Shown: in pieces, positions 12,111-25,394 of the stretch
How positions within the stretch are numbered: position 1 is the stretch's first letter
Layout of the letters: each line of letters begins with the position of its first letter
NCBI GenBank assembly: GCA_951406725.2
Contig: OX597814.1
Coordinates: 113,956,001-114,020,000 of the forward strand
Length of the DNA stretch: 64,000 nucleotides
Direction of reading: 5' to 3'
DNA from: Octopus vulgaris
Lineage: Eukaryota
Notes under the pieces: model-generated
Seen by the model: the letters and a program-made list of their open reading frames with translations, nothing else
Databases searched by the model: none
What the model was told of the DNA's origin: nothing
Position numbers and translations under genes: made by a program

Positions 12111-14133
12111 TGGGTTTTTTTATTCGCAAAATGAACCCCCTTTAATTTTGCTCCGATCGCTTTCAATTTTGGTGTATCGATGCAACCCTGGATTTTGATT
12201 ACGATCAACCAATTACTTCATCTCATGAATTAAAGAATCTGATGTTATTCGGAAATAAATTTGGGAAAGTTGGGTAATTTTAGCCAATCAACAGACAGCG
12301 AGGCATTAACAGCTTGTTACCATGACAATCTCATGTTGTGTAGTGTTTCACTCAATTGTCGTGTTGATTCTTCACACCACGAGACTTACTTCACCCGCGT
12401 GTTTTGTTTTAATAAAAATTTATATTTATCAATTAGAATTTTATCATAGATATTTTTCGTCAATTTTCTTAATATTTTTGCGATGTTTATACAGTTTCTT
12501 GGCATTATGAAGGTGAATGGAATATGCGAACTTAGTACAGATAATTTGACATTATTTTTGAATTCTGCATGCAAAAACATATACGATACGGGTACTCTTT
12601 TTCTTGGAACAAATTCTTTGTTGACCAGTGTTATTCCTATTGTAGTTTACAAATCAAAGCATGAAAACGTTACACAACTTTGAAGTTTTGGAGATGGACA
12701 CCCCCTTTTTACACATACACATGCACTTATATATTAATGATGTACACAAATACATGACAGATATACATAATGCTGAAATACGCATAAAGTAAACACATGC
12801 AGACAAATATATTAATATAACAAATTAAAAATATGATAAAAACATACAACCAATGAAGAGACAATAGAAAAAGTAAGATGATACATGTTGATTTTATTAG
12901 GATTTCATTAGTTTATTTAGAAACCTACAATGAAGAGGTCATTTCACAGACGCTATAAATTTCACAGGGTACAACCTTAAAGTTGACACGGCGCCGCTAA
13001 ACGCAGGAAATTTCTGTCTCGCTATTGGCTAAAAATAAACAGTTTTATCGATTTTTAAACTACTGTAACTTTTTCCTCCAATTTATTTCTCCACACCATC
13101 ACACCTTTATAGCAATTAGACTGGAAAACTATATTATTATAGCCGATTTTCAGGTTTTTTACTGTCTTTTAAAAAATGCATATTTTGCGACTGAAAAAAA
13201 AACTATATCCCCTGGCTTTAAAAGAAATAATTACTGGGTTCAATTCGTTCGCCTAAAATTCTTCAAGGTGATGCCCCAGTATGGCCACAGTCTAATAATT
13301 ATCACAAGTAAAAGGTAAAAGATAAGCAGATTTATGCAGTTAAGAAAGTAGGATTGTTTAGCTCACTGGTCGGACTGTAGTGGTTGATTAAAAATTATGT
13401 TGTCAGTTTTATTATACAAAATGGATATTATAATTAACTACCAAAAATTTAACACTGAACTCAATTAAATAGAGAATGGTGATATAATTTAATTTTTATT
13501 CAGAAAACAATTTTTAAAGCTGTGGCTCAAAGGCATAAAATTTCTGTTTAATTCTCAATTTTTTCCTGCGAATAATTTAGAAATCCTTGCAGTAAATAAC
13601 AGCAAGAATCGCTAGAAAAATAATTATTTACAAAACAAGAAAAACAATTGTTTCTAATTATGATAGAAGGCCAGCGATTTTAAGGAGAATGGGTAAGTTG
13701 ATGACATCGAGTTCAGTATTTAATTAGTATCAAATTTTTATCAACCTAGAAGGAATAAAGGCAAGGTTGGTCTTGATAGAATTTGAATTCACAACATAAA
13801 CAGTTGCGAAGCATTTTGACCAATGCGCTAACAATTCCGCCATCTGGCTGCCTTAGTAAATATAAATCCTTCAAGTTTTGGTGCGATGCCATCAATATTT
13901 AGGGAAGTGGGTAGGTAAATAGACTTGCTATAGTCTATAAATTAAAACTGACCCCATAAAAGACAGTAACTAGCAAAAATCGGTAACAAGTTTTTCTTCC
14001 AGGTACCTTTGTAGCTTCTAAGCTGAAGGGAAGGCAGCATGTTCTTTGTCTATTTCCTTAACTTCTTGGAGATTTTAGGTAAACTTATACTAATGTGTTC
14101 ATCTGTTTTAATTTAATTAAATTCTATGTCTTT

Positions 14134-14221
14134 GTGCAGCTGAAGATTGCTCTGTATTTAAACTGATGTAATGATTGCATTGTTCGATTAGATGGAGTTG
14201 CGTGAAACGATCGTACTGCAT
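14134..14221 (+). ncRNA. Type I hammerhead ribozyme, intact core
   Basis: GTGCAG-[CTGAAGA]-57-nt helix II region (GCTCTGT/ATGGAGT, ATGTAA/TTGCAT)-[GAAA]-CGATCG-TA-CTGCAT. Palindrome ACGATCGT. Predicted cleavage after GTA at 14215. The base of helix II is imperfect. Confidence 0.7.
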
Positions 14222-14249
14222 TATCTCTAGATATCCTTGTTGCTTATTT

Positions 14250-14251
<2 letters not shown>

Positions 14252-14324
<73 letters not shown>

Positions 14325-14419
14325 TGTATGTATGTATGTATATGTATGTATGCATCTATATATATATATATATGTATGTATGTATGTATATATGCATGTA
14401 TGTGTATATGTATGTATAT

Positions 14420-14460
<41 letters not shown>

Positions 14461-14607
14461 TATATGTATATATATATAGATGTATTTATATATATGTATG
14501 TATATATATACATACATACAAGTTCAGTATGTGCAAAGTAATTTATTTTATGCCTAATTATATAATGTATATATGTATATATATATATATATGTATATAT
14601 ATACATG

Positions 14608-14644
<37 letters not shown>

Positions 14645-14741
14645 GTATGTATATATATATATATATATGTATGTATATATATATATTTATGTATATATAT
14701 GTATATATATATTTATGTATATATATATATATATATGTATG

Positions 14742-14774
<33 letters not shown>

Positions 14775-14779
14775 GTATG

Positions 14780-14813
<34 letters not shown>

Positions 14814-14878
14814 TGTACATATATATATATATATTATATACACACTACACACACACACATATATATATAGTATATATG

Positions 14879-14914
<36 letters not shown>

Positions 14915-14951
14915 ATATATATATATATATATATTTATACACATACATATA

Positions 14952-15012
<61 letters not shown>

Positions 15013-15020
15013 CACACACA
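14252..15020. repeat. Compound (TA)n/(TATG)n microsatellite
   Basis: Direct inspection. Confidence 0.95.
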
Positions 15021-15280
15021 CATTCACCCACTAGAAATAACACACACAAAAATAACATATTCCGTAAACCAGGAGAAAATTAAAAACATTTACCCTGTAT
15101 ATATATATACTGTTTAATGGTAAACTAACATCAAGCCAATATATAGATTCCTCAGTAAGAAATATATATATATCTATATATAGCGGCCTAGTGGGAAAAA
15201 ATTAAATAGTCATAGACCATTTATAAGTTCAACATCACAATCAAGGAACGGCCATAATAGGCCATTCATCCGTTCTGGCT

Positions 15281-15387
15281 ATTTCTTACTGAGGAATCTA
15301 AGGGCCTATGGAAGATTGGCTTGATTTAATTTAATCAGGTTAGTTTACCATTAAACAGTAGATGAAACGGTGCATCGTATAAGAAAT
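15281..15387 (+). ncRNA. Type I hammerhead ribozyme, intact
   Basis: ATTTCTTA-[CTGAGGA]-ATCTA..TAGAT-[GAAA]-CGGTGCATCG-TA-TAAGAAAT. 8-bp helix I, 5-bp helix II base with inner hairpin GATTGGCTTGATT/AATCAGGTTAGTT, near-palindromic helix III. Predicted cleavage after 15379. Confidence 0.85.
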
Positions 15388-16550
15388 TACAGGGTAAATG
15401 TTTTTAATTTTCTCTGGTTTACGGAATTAATGTTATTTTTGCGGTTGAAGCTTTGGCTGTTATTTCTAGTGGTGAATGGCCTATATGGTTCCTTGATTGT
15501 GATGTTGAACTTATAAATGAACGGTGTATATATATATATATATATGAACGGTGTAATATATATATATATATATACACGAACGTTTCTCAAATAAAGACGT
15601 AGACTTTGTGCTTTACCAAATTACAATCGCAATGTTTCGTGGTGTAGTCAGTTACTATTCCTAACTAGGAAATCATTTCTCCTCATTTACATCATCGTTA
15701 ATGCTCGTTTAATTTATGAAAGACAATGTTTTGTCGATTCGTCTTCTTCTGCACGAGTTTTCGTTTCAATAAAATCGCAACTAATTTCTTATTCCTGATG
15801 CTTTAAATAGTCTAATTTATGACTAGCTACCTTAATCTTATTTAATTATTTCCCCCTAATTAAAACATATAGTTCTATGTCCTAAGATTTTCTTGCAAAA
15901 ATACTAGTGTAATTCTAACACAGATTGTAACAACAGATAACTTATCACGAGATAGTTTCACAGCAAAACACGTCTCTATGCTTCTTAATTTCAATTTGAC
16001 GTAATCAGTAAAATTATTAAGATTCTATAACTAGACATGTTATCAATAATAGCTATATCCAATCAATAAAATTACCGAAACGGCGTATGAAATGACATTA
16101 TCAAATTGATATAATCAATAGCCTTTTCCAAGTGACTTTCACAATAACATTATCACCGTGATGTCAGTTTGTAAATTCATCAAAATATATTGCGTACGAG
16201 TATTAATCGATACCAAATGATTCCGCTGTTTGACTTGCCGTTCAGCACAAATATAACATTTAACACTTTCATTTGTTAGTATTAGTATTAGTATTACTAT
16301 TTTTCTATCTTTATTTTTTTTTTACACAAACCATTCAGCTATAATTTTCAGACGTACAGTAACTATTATCTCGATAAACACATTAGTCAGGAGTCAGTGA
16401 AATAACTTATAAATTTATTTTAGGATTACGTAAGTTGCATTATACTGGAAATAGTTTCAGCGATGGTGGTTTCACGATTCCTTGGTTCCGGGATACGATC
16501 TCAGTACTTGTACAATAGCTTGAGTTTGAGCAATATCTTATGAGATTTTA

Positions 16551-16940
16551 AGGCGGCGAGCTGGCAGAAACGTTAGCACGCCGGGCGAAATGCGTAGCCG
16601 TATTTTGTCCACCGCTGCGTTCTGAGTTCAAATTCCGCAGATGTCGACTTTGCCTTTCATCCTTTCAGGGTCGATAAATTAAGTTCCAGTTACGATATAA
16701 TCGACTTAATCCCTTTGTCTGTCCTTGTTTGTCCCCTCTATGTTTAGCCCCTTGTGGGCAATAAAGAAATAGGTATTTCGTCTGCTGCTACGTTCTAAGT
16801 TCAAATTCCGGCGAAGTCGACTTTGCCTTCCATCTTTTCGGGGTCGATAAATTAAGTAGCAATTGGGTACTGGGGTAGATCCAATCGACCGGCCCCCTTC
16901 CACCAATTTTGGGCCTTATGCCTAGAGTAGAAAAGAATAC
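16551..16940 (+). mobile_element. SINE family A composite with 14-bp TSD
   Basis: CTTATGAGATTTTA at 16537-16550 and 16941-16954 flanks one head plus two body units. Confidence 0.9.
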
Positions 16941-17029
16941 CTTATGAGATTTTAGCTCAACGAAAACGGTGTGGAAAACCGTCGTTTAATATGCATGAAT
17001 GAACATACATAGGGGCATAAATACATACT

Positions 17030-17130
17030 CTGTTGATGTTGTTGAAATTCCAGTGAAAGAGCCTTGGATCTAGGTTAGAAACCGACTCTTTCTCTTATTG
17101 GCGAGAAATCTTGAAATAAAACTAGATGAC
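17030..17130 (+). mobile_element. About 100-bp mini-element in (CATA)n context, copy 1
   Basis: Collinear with 60816-60920: CTGTTG.TG.TGTTGAAATTCCA.TGAA.GAGCCTTGGAT.TAGGTTAGAAACCG..TCTTTC..TATTGGC.AGAAATCTTGAAATAAAA. Confidence 0.65.
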
Positions 17131-17244
17131 ATACGAAATAAAACTTGATAATGACATACATACACACAAACATACATACATACATACATACATACATACA
17201 TACATACATACATACATACAAACACACACATAGTCATAGCCACT

Positions 17245-17517
17245 CAACGGAACCTACGCGTGAAATTAACTTCCAAGTGACTGAGTACTCCAAAGACACG
17301 CTTACACTAAACGTAGTTCTCAGGGAGATTCAACATGACACAGGATGTGACAAGGTTGACTCCTTTGAAACACAACTACTACTCATTTTTGTCAACTGAG
17401 CGGACTGATGCAACGTGAAGTAAAATAACTTGCTCAAGGAGACAACGTGCTGCCATGAATCGAACTCAGGACCTTACGATCGTGAGCCGAATACTCTAAG
17501 AACTAAACTACTCGCCT
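17245..17517 (-). mobile_element. SINE family C
   Basis: Reverse-complement match to 2481-2760. Confidence 0.7.
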
Positions 17518-17576
17518 TCACTTTGCTTCAATACAAAGAAATGAAGAGACAGCAGGAGCACACGAGCCCATTACGA

Positions 17577-18699
17577 CAGGAGTGGGGAAACTTTTTTGTG
17601 CAGCGGGCAAAAATTTCCACTGATAAAGGTCCTCGGGTGGATCACTAGTTCTGACTCTTAAATCTGTAAAAATCTTGTATATATCTATGTATAATTCGAT
17701 ATACAGTAATTAAGATAAGCTTAACACATTAAATTAACGAGTAACACCTTCATTAACACTACCTATTTCTTTACTACCCACAAGGGGCTAAACACAGGGG
17801 GGACAACCAAGGACAAACAAACGGATTAAGTCGATTACATCGACCCCAGTGCGTAACTGGTACTTAAGTTATCGACCCCGAAAGGATGAAAGGCTAAGTC
17901 GACCTCGGCGGAATTTGAACTCAGAACGTAGTGGCAGACGAAATACCGCTAAGCATTTTGCCCGGCATGCTAACGTTTCTGCCAGCTCGCCGCCTTACCA
18001 CTGAATCTAGGATGTTTATATTACTATTTTTTTCAGCTAGAGTGTAGTTGGGTCTTAAGGGGGTGGTACAAACCTGGCAGTATGTGTTTTATAGTGAAAA
18101 CAAAATTTCCGTTCAAATGGAAATTACCAAACAATTTTCTGTTCGAGTCTAACCGTTTTAGTGGAAACGCGACCTATGTCGCAAATAGGCATAGGAATAT
18201 TGTATGAATTTCCAAAGAAAAAGGTCTGCAGGCGGATCACAAGTTCTAACTCTTATAACTGTATAGATCTTGTATATATCTATGTATAATTCAATATACA
18301 TTAAGATAAGTTTAACACATTAAATCAACGCATAACATGTTCAATATTGCCGCCACAGAATTTATGACGTTTATATTACTCATGAGGTATTCTATATTGT
18401 TCAGCGAGAGTGTAGTTGGGTCTCAAGGGGGTGGTACAAACCTGGTAGTATGTGTTTTATAGTGAAAGCAAAATTTCCGTTCAAATGGCAATTACCGGAC
18501 GATTTTCTGTTCGAGTCTAACCGTTTTATGTCGTAGTGGAAACGCGACCCATGTCGCAAATAGGAAAACGAATATTGTATAAATTTTATAATTGAAAAAT
18601 TTACTATATTTTGTACATACGAGTATATCAGCCTGTGGGCGAAATAAAATGCGCTTACTGGGGTATTTGCACCCGCGGGAGGGGGTTTCCGTACCCCTG
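17577..18699. mobile_element. Non-autonomous hAT-type element
   Basis: TIRs CAGGAGTGGGGAAAC / GTTTCCGTACCCCTG. 8-bp TSD CATTACGA (17569-17576) / CATTAAGA (18700-18707). Contains an internal tandem duplication of about 350 bp. Confidence 0.75.
17760..17996 (-). mobile_element. SINE family A inserted in the hAT element
   Basis: Monomer ending GCCAGCTCGCCGCCTT. Absent from the second internal duplicate. Confidence 0.9.
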
Positions 18700-18966
18700 C
18701 ATTAAGACAACGAGATGTATCTTTTAATGTGTATCTTTCTTAATTGTCTTAAAGCTCTTTGTTGTAAAGGAATGTATGTGTGTAGATATATGTGAGCGTG
18801 AGCGTGAGGGTATGTGCGTGTGGCGTCGGAGTACTTTCGTTTATATGTGTGAACGTAGACAAAAATCAAAGGGGAAATAAGAAAAACAAAAAAAGACATA
18901 TGGGCCAACAGCATCTTATGTATGTCAACCTTTTTAACTTTCTGACTTTGGCAGTCTAAAATAAAA

Positions 18967-19358
18967 CTAGAAGTATCGCCCGGCGTTGCTCGGGTTTGTT
19001 TCGACCCTTTAGAATTGGAATTTTTGAAAAGTAAAAATTTTGCATTATGTAGCTTGTTATTCTCTTTAAGTGAACATTTTTCTGGTTGAAATACACCGAA
19101 AAATGGCGACACAGCAGTCAAAAAATCGTAAAAAATACGGATTTTAATAGACAAAACGCACCTTTTTGATGTAAATAATTTTTTATGTTAACATGGTCCG
19201 ATTTGAATTTTTTCTTCTACGGAAGGAAGAGCAAGTCTTTTTCTATCATACTCTCAATTTTGGTCAACTTGCACCGCAGGGTCTCGGAGGAGATAGTGTT
19301 AGTTGAAGGCTACCAAACCTGCCATACACAGACAACTTCAGCTTTATATATAGAGAGA
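18967..19358 (-). mobile_element. Non-autonomous Helitron-like element, copy 2
   Basis: Minus strand reads 5'-TCTCTCTATATATAAAG ... CCCGAGCAACGCCGGG hairpin, 8 nt, CTAG-3'. It sits between A and T with no TSD, which matches canonical Helitron termini. Confidence 0.75.
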
Positions 19359-19744
19359 TAAAATGAAAACTAAGAAAAACAAATACATAAGACATCTCCA
19401 AATGCATACACGCAAGACAAAAGACGACGGTATCCTTCGCTCAGCGTCCAATCATATCCCGTATTATATTCAAGCGCTTTCCTGGTATTTTGTGCGTGTG
19501 TGTTTGTGTTCGTGTAAGAACTTATATATACTCTTTGCACTCGCCCCGGCACTCATTGCCATACGAATTTCATTAAGTTGAAACTCGGAGTAACGGTTAG
19601 TGAAGTTCTCAGCTTAAAGCAATTAGGATCCAACTCAACAATATGTATTGAATAGCCTTCCCCACCATTTTGTTACGCATTTCTTTGTTCCACAACATAA
19701 ACATACGCGCGCGCACACACACACACAACTAAATGAATCTTGAT

Positions 19745-19955
19745 TTCAAATTTTGGCACAAGGCCAGCAATTTCGTGAGAAAGGGTTAAATCGATTCCAT
19801 CGGCCGCCATTACTCATCTGGTACTTATTTTATCGACTTCGAAAGGATGAAAAGCAAAGTCAACCTTGGCGGAATTTGAACTCAGAACGTGAGGACGGAC
19901 GAAATGCGCTAAGCAGTTCGTCTGGCGTGCTAATGATTCTGCCATCTCGCCTCCT
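19745..19955 (-). mobile_element. SINE family A, diverged monomer
   Basis: GAAAGGATGAAAAGCAAAGTCAACCTTGGCGGAATTTGAACTCAG. Confidence 0.8.
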
Positions 19956-20169
19956 TAGAACTAAAGGAATATTAAATACTCTAAATATTTGATGTGCTGA
20001 GTTCCTTATTTCAATTTTGGATTCAGTAGTGTTTTGATTGAGCATATCATACATATATGATTATACTCACCAACATACATACATACATACATACATACAT
20101 GAAATATCAACCAAGTACCAAGGGATACGAATGTAAGAAAAGCAGTAAAATGTGACAACCGATGCAGAC

Positions 20170-20211
<42 letters not shown>

Positions 20212-21139
20212 CAAAACGCCCCCCGTCCAATGGACGGTGCTGAGTTGTCAAACATTTAAACCAAATTTTCTCAAAACAACTTGTCCGACCACCCCATAGG
20301 CCTCCCCTTTGAGAAACACTGATTTAACCTAAATTTGAGACACCAGCAAAATAAGAAATAAAGATAGACTATTTTTCTATTCCAAGAAAAACGATTTTAT
20401 AAATGCACGTTCCCACGGCTTTATCGATCACATATTACCTGGAATCGATTTTTGTAATTTTTTCAAGACTTATACACGCCCTGATACCGTCGGTATCTAC
20501 ACATCAAATTTGAGCGCAATCGGATGGAGGATGCCCGAGATCCTAGAAGACACACAGACAGACAGACAGACAGAACGGATTTTATATAATAGATATACAG
20601 ATATATATAAGTGTGCCCCCCACCCACCGCTTTTGTTTCCTCATAGCTTCCAGAAAACTAAATATTTTTCAATGAAATTTTCTTCAAATAGGCCTCAGAT
20701 AAGGTAGATTCCATCTATATCTAAATTTAATATGAAAAGTAAAAATATATTGATGGGCTCTCATACATGCATATTGACATACATGTTGTGTGAACGCGCG
20801 CGCGCATGTGTATTTGTATTTTCCTAAAATCTACCTACGCCGTAATCGTGTTCTTTTTTTTGTTGCATGAGTCTAAGTAATTCGTTCTGCCAGGAAAACA
20901 AAGAGAGACAACTGCTGTGCTGGTGACGGAAATTGATGCAGAAACACGTATCTACAACTGTTTTACTTGTCTCCTGACAATCAGACTGTCTTTTCTTTTA
21001 TAGCATGTCAGTTTTTGGCGAATTATTGATTATTAAGATTATCTTTTGGAGTCGGTCCCAACTGCCACCGTGTGTTTCTTCTAACTTTACTGGAAGCAAA
21101 GATAATTTCAATAAATCAAAACTATTCTTGAATGCTATG

Positions 21140-21186
<47 letters not shown>

Positions 21187-21433
21187 CTATATATATATGT
21201 GTGTGTATGTATGTATGTCTATATAAATATGCTATATTTTCTACATTTTAATTTTTTTTATTTCTTATTGATGTAAAATTTATTGATCTCCAAAAATTAT
21301 GGGCAACATTTATGAAAGTATGAACGTCGCGAAAAATTAAATAATCATATATATATAGTATATAAGTATGGGTATGTGAGTGTGCGTGTATGTCTGTTTG
21401 AGTGTGTGTTTTCTGTATATCTCACTATGTTCT

Positions 21434-21464
<31 letters not shown>

Positions 21465-22191
21465 CTGTGCTTGTAGCTTTTGTGCGTCAAGAAAACAGCT
21501 GGAAAGAATCGGTATTAAAATTACTGGTGCCAACTTCCGTGATTTTGCATTGCAAATGAGAGTTGAGCAAAGACACTTCTTTTTCCATGGTTCACGAACT
21601 GATGAGACAATCCGAAGTAAAATGTCATCTGGCTGCCTGCCAAAAGCAATTGGCATCCGATAACCAAGATGTTGAATAATAACTCTTTAGGAATTACTGA
21701 TATCTTGGATATATTCCATATATCTCAGATATATAACAACTCACAAGTTTATATGAGCCATCTAGTTCAGTTTTGATTTTCAAGAAGCTGGTTTGTCGAT
21801 GTCCTTCCTAATATTGCTAAAGTTAAACGAAAATATACCATTTCAGTTTACGACGATGAAACAAAATGTCGAGATAACCCAGAACGTGAGAAAAACATCA
21901 CTTATGAAAGCAAAAGACATTATACGTATAATATATATAAAACATTTTATAATGGGATATTTTAACAGAGAGATAATTCAACACAGAGGAAACCGTCATT
22001 GATTGGTATTAGAGAGCTTAGCATAAAAACCATGTCGACTGCATCGTAATCCTCGTGCAAAGTTTACACTAGGCTTTCAGAAGCAATTATCAAAGAAGGC
22101 AAAACAGCTTTGTATTGTTAAATTGCGGGAAGTTTTCCCTTGTATCAGCTGTTCGAGTAGTTTATCTTTTAATATATCAAGTTACGCGTGC

Positions 22192-23000
22192 AAGGTGGCG
22201 AGCTGGCAAAAACATTAGCACGCCGGGAAAAATGCCTAGCGATATTTCCTCTATCTTTATGTACTGAGTTCAAATTCCATTAGATCGACTTTGCCTTTCC
22301 TTCTTTCAAGGTCGATAAATTAAGAACCATTTGTGTACTGGGGTCAGTCTAATCAACTGGCTCCCTTCCCCAAAATTTCAGGCCTTGTGTCTAAAGTAGA
22401 AAACATTATTTTTTAAGATGACGGCGAGCTGGCAGAATCGTTAGCACGCCAGGCGAAATGCTTTGCGGTATTTCGTCTGCCGCTACGTTCTGAGTTCAAA
22501 TTCCGCCAAGGTCGATTTGCCTTTCATCCTTTCGGGGTCGATATATTAAGTACCAGTTATGCATTGGGGTCTATATAATCGACTTAATCCGTTTGTCTAT
22601 CCTTGTTTTTCCTCTCTGTGCTTAGCCCCTTGTGGGTAGTAAAAAAATAGGTATTTCGTCCGCCGCTGCGTTCTGAGTTCAAATTCCGCCGAGGTTGACT
22701 TTGCCTTTCATCTATTTGGGGTCGATAAATTAAGTACCAGTTATGCACTGGGGTCGATGTAATCGACTTAATCCGTTTGTCTGTCCTTGTTTGTCCCCTC
22801 TGTGTTTAGCCCCTTGTAGGTAGTAAAGAAATAGGTATTTCGTCAGTTTTTACGGTTTGAGTTCAAATTCCGCCGAGGTTGATCTGCCTTTCATCCTTTC
22901 GGGGTCGATAAAATAAGTACCAGTCGAGCACTGAAATGTATGTAATTGACTTACGCCATCCCTCGAACGGGCTGTCCTGGAGCCAAAATTTGAAACCGAT
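22192..23000 (+). mobile_element. SINE family A tandem cluster
   Basis: Two heads (about 22193 and 22422) and four central-domain units. Confidence 0.9.
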
Positions 23001-23179
23001 ATATTGAGTTGTATTGTAATCGTTGGAGCAAAGAGTGGTACAGGATCGCATCAAACTATAATCGAATGACGGTGCTTTATACCAGAAGACAAACTTAGAA
23101 GAATTAGAAATACATTATTACTAACCCTTTTACTCAGTATCGACTACTGTCTTTCCTACAAACTGGACTAACTGCAATA

Positions 23180-23597
23180 ATGGTTTCAAATTTTGTCACA
23201 AGTGCAGCGGGTTTTTTTTGGGGGGGTGAGTATGAGTCAATTACATCGACCCCAGTACTCAACTGGTACTTATTTTATCGACTCTGGAAGGATGAAAGGC
23301 AAAGTCGACCTCGGCGGAATTGAACTTAGGACGTAGCGGTAGACGAAATATTGCTAAGCATTTCGCCCGGCGTGCTAACGATTCTTTTCTACTCTTGGCA
23401 CAAGACCCTAAATTTTGGGGGAAGGGGGCAGTCGGTTAGATCTACCCCAGTACGCAACTGGTACTTATTTTATCGGCTCCGAAAGGATGAAAGGTGAAGT
23501 CGACCTCGGCGGAATTTGAACTCAGGTTGTAAAGACAGACGAAATACCGCTTAGCATTTCGCCCGGCATGCTAACGGTTCTGCTAACTCGTCGCCTT
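23180..23597 (-). mobile_element. SINE family A, dimer
   Basis: Two reverse-complement units. Confidence 0.85.
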
Positions 23598-23637
23598 TTG
23601 ACTAAATGCATTAATGCTATCATTACGGGGCGGCAGC

Positions 23638-24062
23638 GTGTATAAATACAAGCTTTTTCACCGCTTCAAATATGCTTGGGGCATATTCGAACCTGTAAGA
23701 AAACTATTCGCCGTGTTTTGTCATGGAGAAAATTTCCTGTTGTAGAGACAAACACCTTAAATCACCTTGAATCAGCTCGCAGCCCCCAGACTGAAATGCA
23801 AGCATTTTAGTGTGCTCGTATCCTTTTCAGTCACTGAAATCGGACATGATGCGCTGTGAGCTGAGAAGAGATTATCTCTCTTATGCTATTCCCATCATCA
23901 TACAATGACTAGTAGCGCTAATCGGCGGCTCATCGTAAACATTTTTACGAGGTGGTAGCGCTAAGCAGTGATGTCTATAAATACAAGGTTATTATCAGTC
24001 CAAATATGCTTGGAGTATCTTCTAATCCGTAAAAAAACCATTGTTTTGTCATGGAGAAAAAT
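23638..24062. repeat. Unclassified dispersed repeat with terminal redundancy, copy 2
   Basis: TATAAATACAAG..AAATATGCTTGG..TTTTGTCATGGAGAAAA occurs at about 23641 and 23976. Homologous to 8828-9256. Confidence 0.6.
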
Positions 24063-24404
24063 TTTTGTATAAACAGTTCGATTAAAATCCTTTGAAGAAT
24101 ATAAAATTGTGTTAAAAGTTTAACGCTCTCTAAACTGGTCTAATCCAGCTGCTGATGGTTTCCTGCGTTGTTGCACGACATGTTAGAAATAACGGCATAA
24201 TCAGTTTCAAATTTGCAAACTGCAGTCTTAGAAAAGAAGAGAACGCTGGATGATATGGGTGTATGGACAAGGTGTACTGTGCCTGGTAAAACTCACTACT
24301 GGAATATTTTTTCTCATAAGCCTGCTTGATCAGGTCTAAGAGTTAAAAACTACCAGAAACAATGGTAGAGAACAACAACAATAAAACAAGTGTTTAATTC
24401 TACA

Positions 24405-24787
24405 AGAGTGGATGTGTGGTAAGTAGCTTGCTTACCAACCACATGGTTCCGGGTTCAGTCCCACTGCATGGCACCTTGGGCAAGTGTCTTCTACTATAGC
24501 CTCGGGCTGACCAAAGTCTTGTGAGTGGATTTGGTAGATGGAAACCGAAAGAAGCCCATTGTATATATACATATATGTGTGTGTGTCTATTTTTGTCCCC
24601 CCACCATCGCTTGACAACCGATGCTGGTGTGTTTATGTCCCCGTAACTTAGCAGTTCGGCAAAGAGACCGATAGAATAAGTACTAGGCTTACAATGAAGA
24701 AGTCCTGAGGTAGATTTGCTCGACTAAAGGCAGTACTCCAGCATGGCCACAGTCAAATGACTGAAACAAGTAAATGAGTAAAAGAGA
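24405..24787 (+). mobile_element. SINE family B, full length
   Basis: Collinear with 9261-9700. Confidence 0.9.
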
Positions 24788-25394
24788 ATTACATATTTAT
24801 TACAGTTTCTAACATTCATGACAAGATCAGTGAGGCTGGTTGACCGGGGTTGACCTAAGGATAAACGTCATCACGACGACAACGACGATCACTAAAAACC
24901 ACCACCACCACCACCAGCAGCTCAATAACGGCTAATCTAGAGTTAAAAAACATTGACAACTGCAACAACAACAAAAACAACACAAACGTACATCAACAGA
25001 TTTAGACATTTATTAGAGTTTGTGATATTCAACAGCAATTAAATAGGAACCTCATTAGTGGAATCTAAAGAGGGGAAGGTTATGTCAGGTTGTTCCCTGC
25101 CAGAAGTGATAAACGACCCGAGACCAAAGAAGGGAGATAATTACGAATAGGCTGATTCTAATCCTCATTATTTTCTAGAAACTAAGGAACAAATGCTTTG
25201 CCACTTTTCTTTCGGCTTTTCGTTCTGTGTTCAATCCTGCCCAGGCTATTTTGCCTTTCATTTATTCGGGGACAATAAATTTAGTTTACATTTATTCTTT
25301 GAGGAGTCAAAATTTTCGTCGCACCACTGCGGCCTGGTCACTGATAGAGTTCCACGGTTTTTGGCGATCGTGGAATAATTTATTTCGATATTTC

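Noticed and set aside
21595-21630. CTGATGAG motif (also at about 26447)
   Set aside because: No paired helix II followed by GAAA and no helix I or III support.
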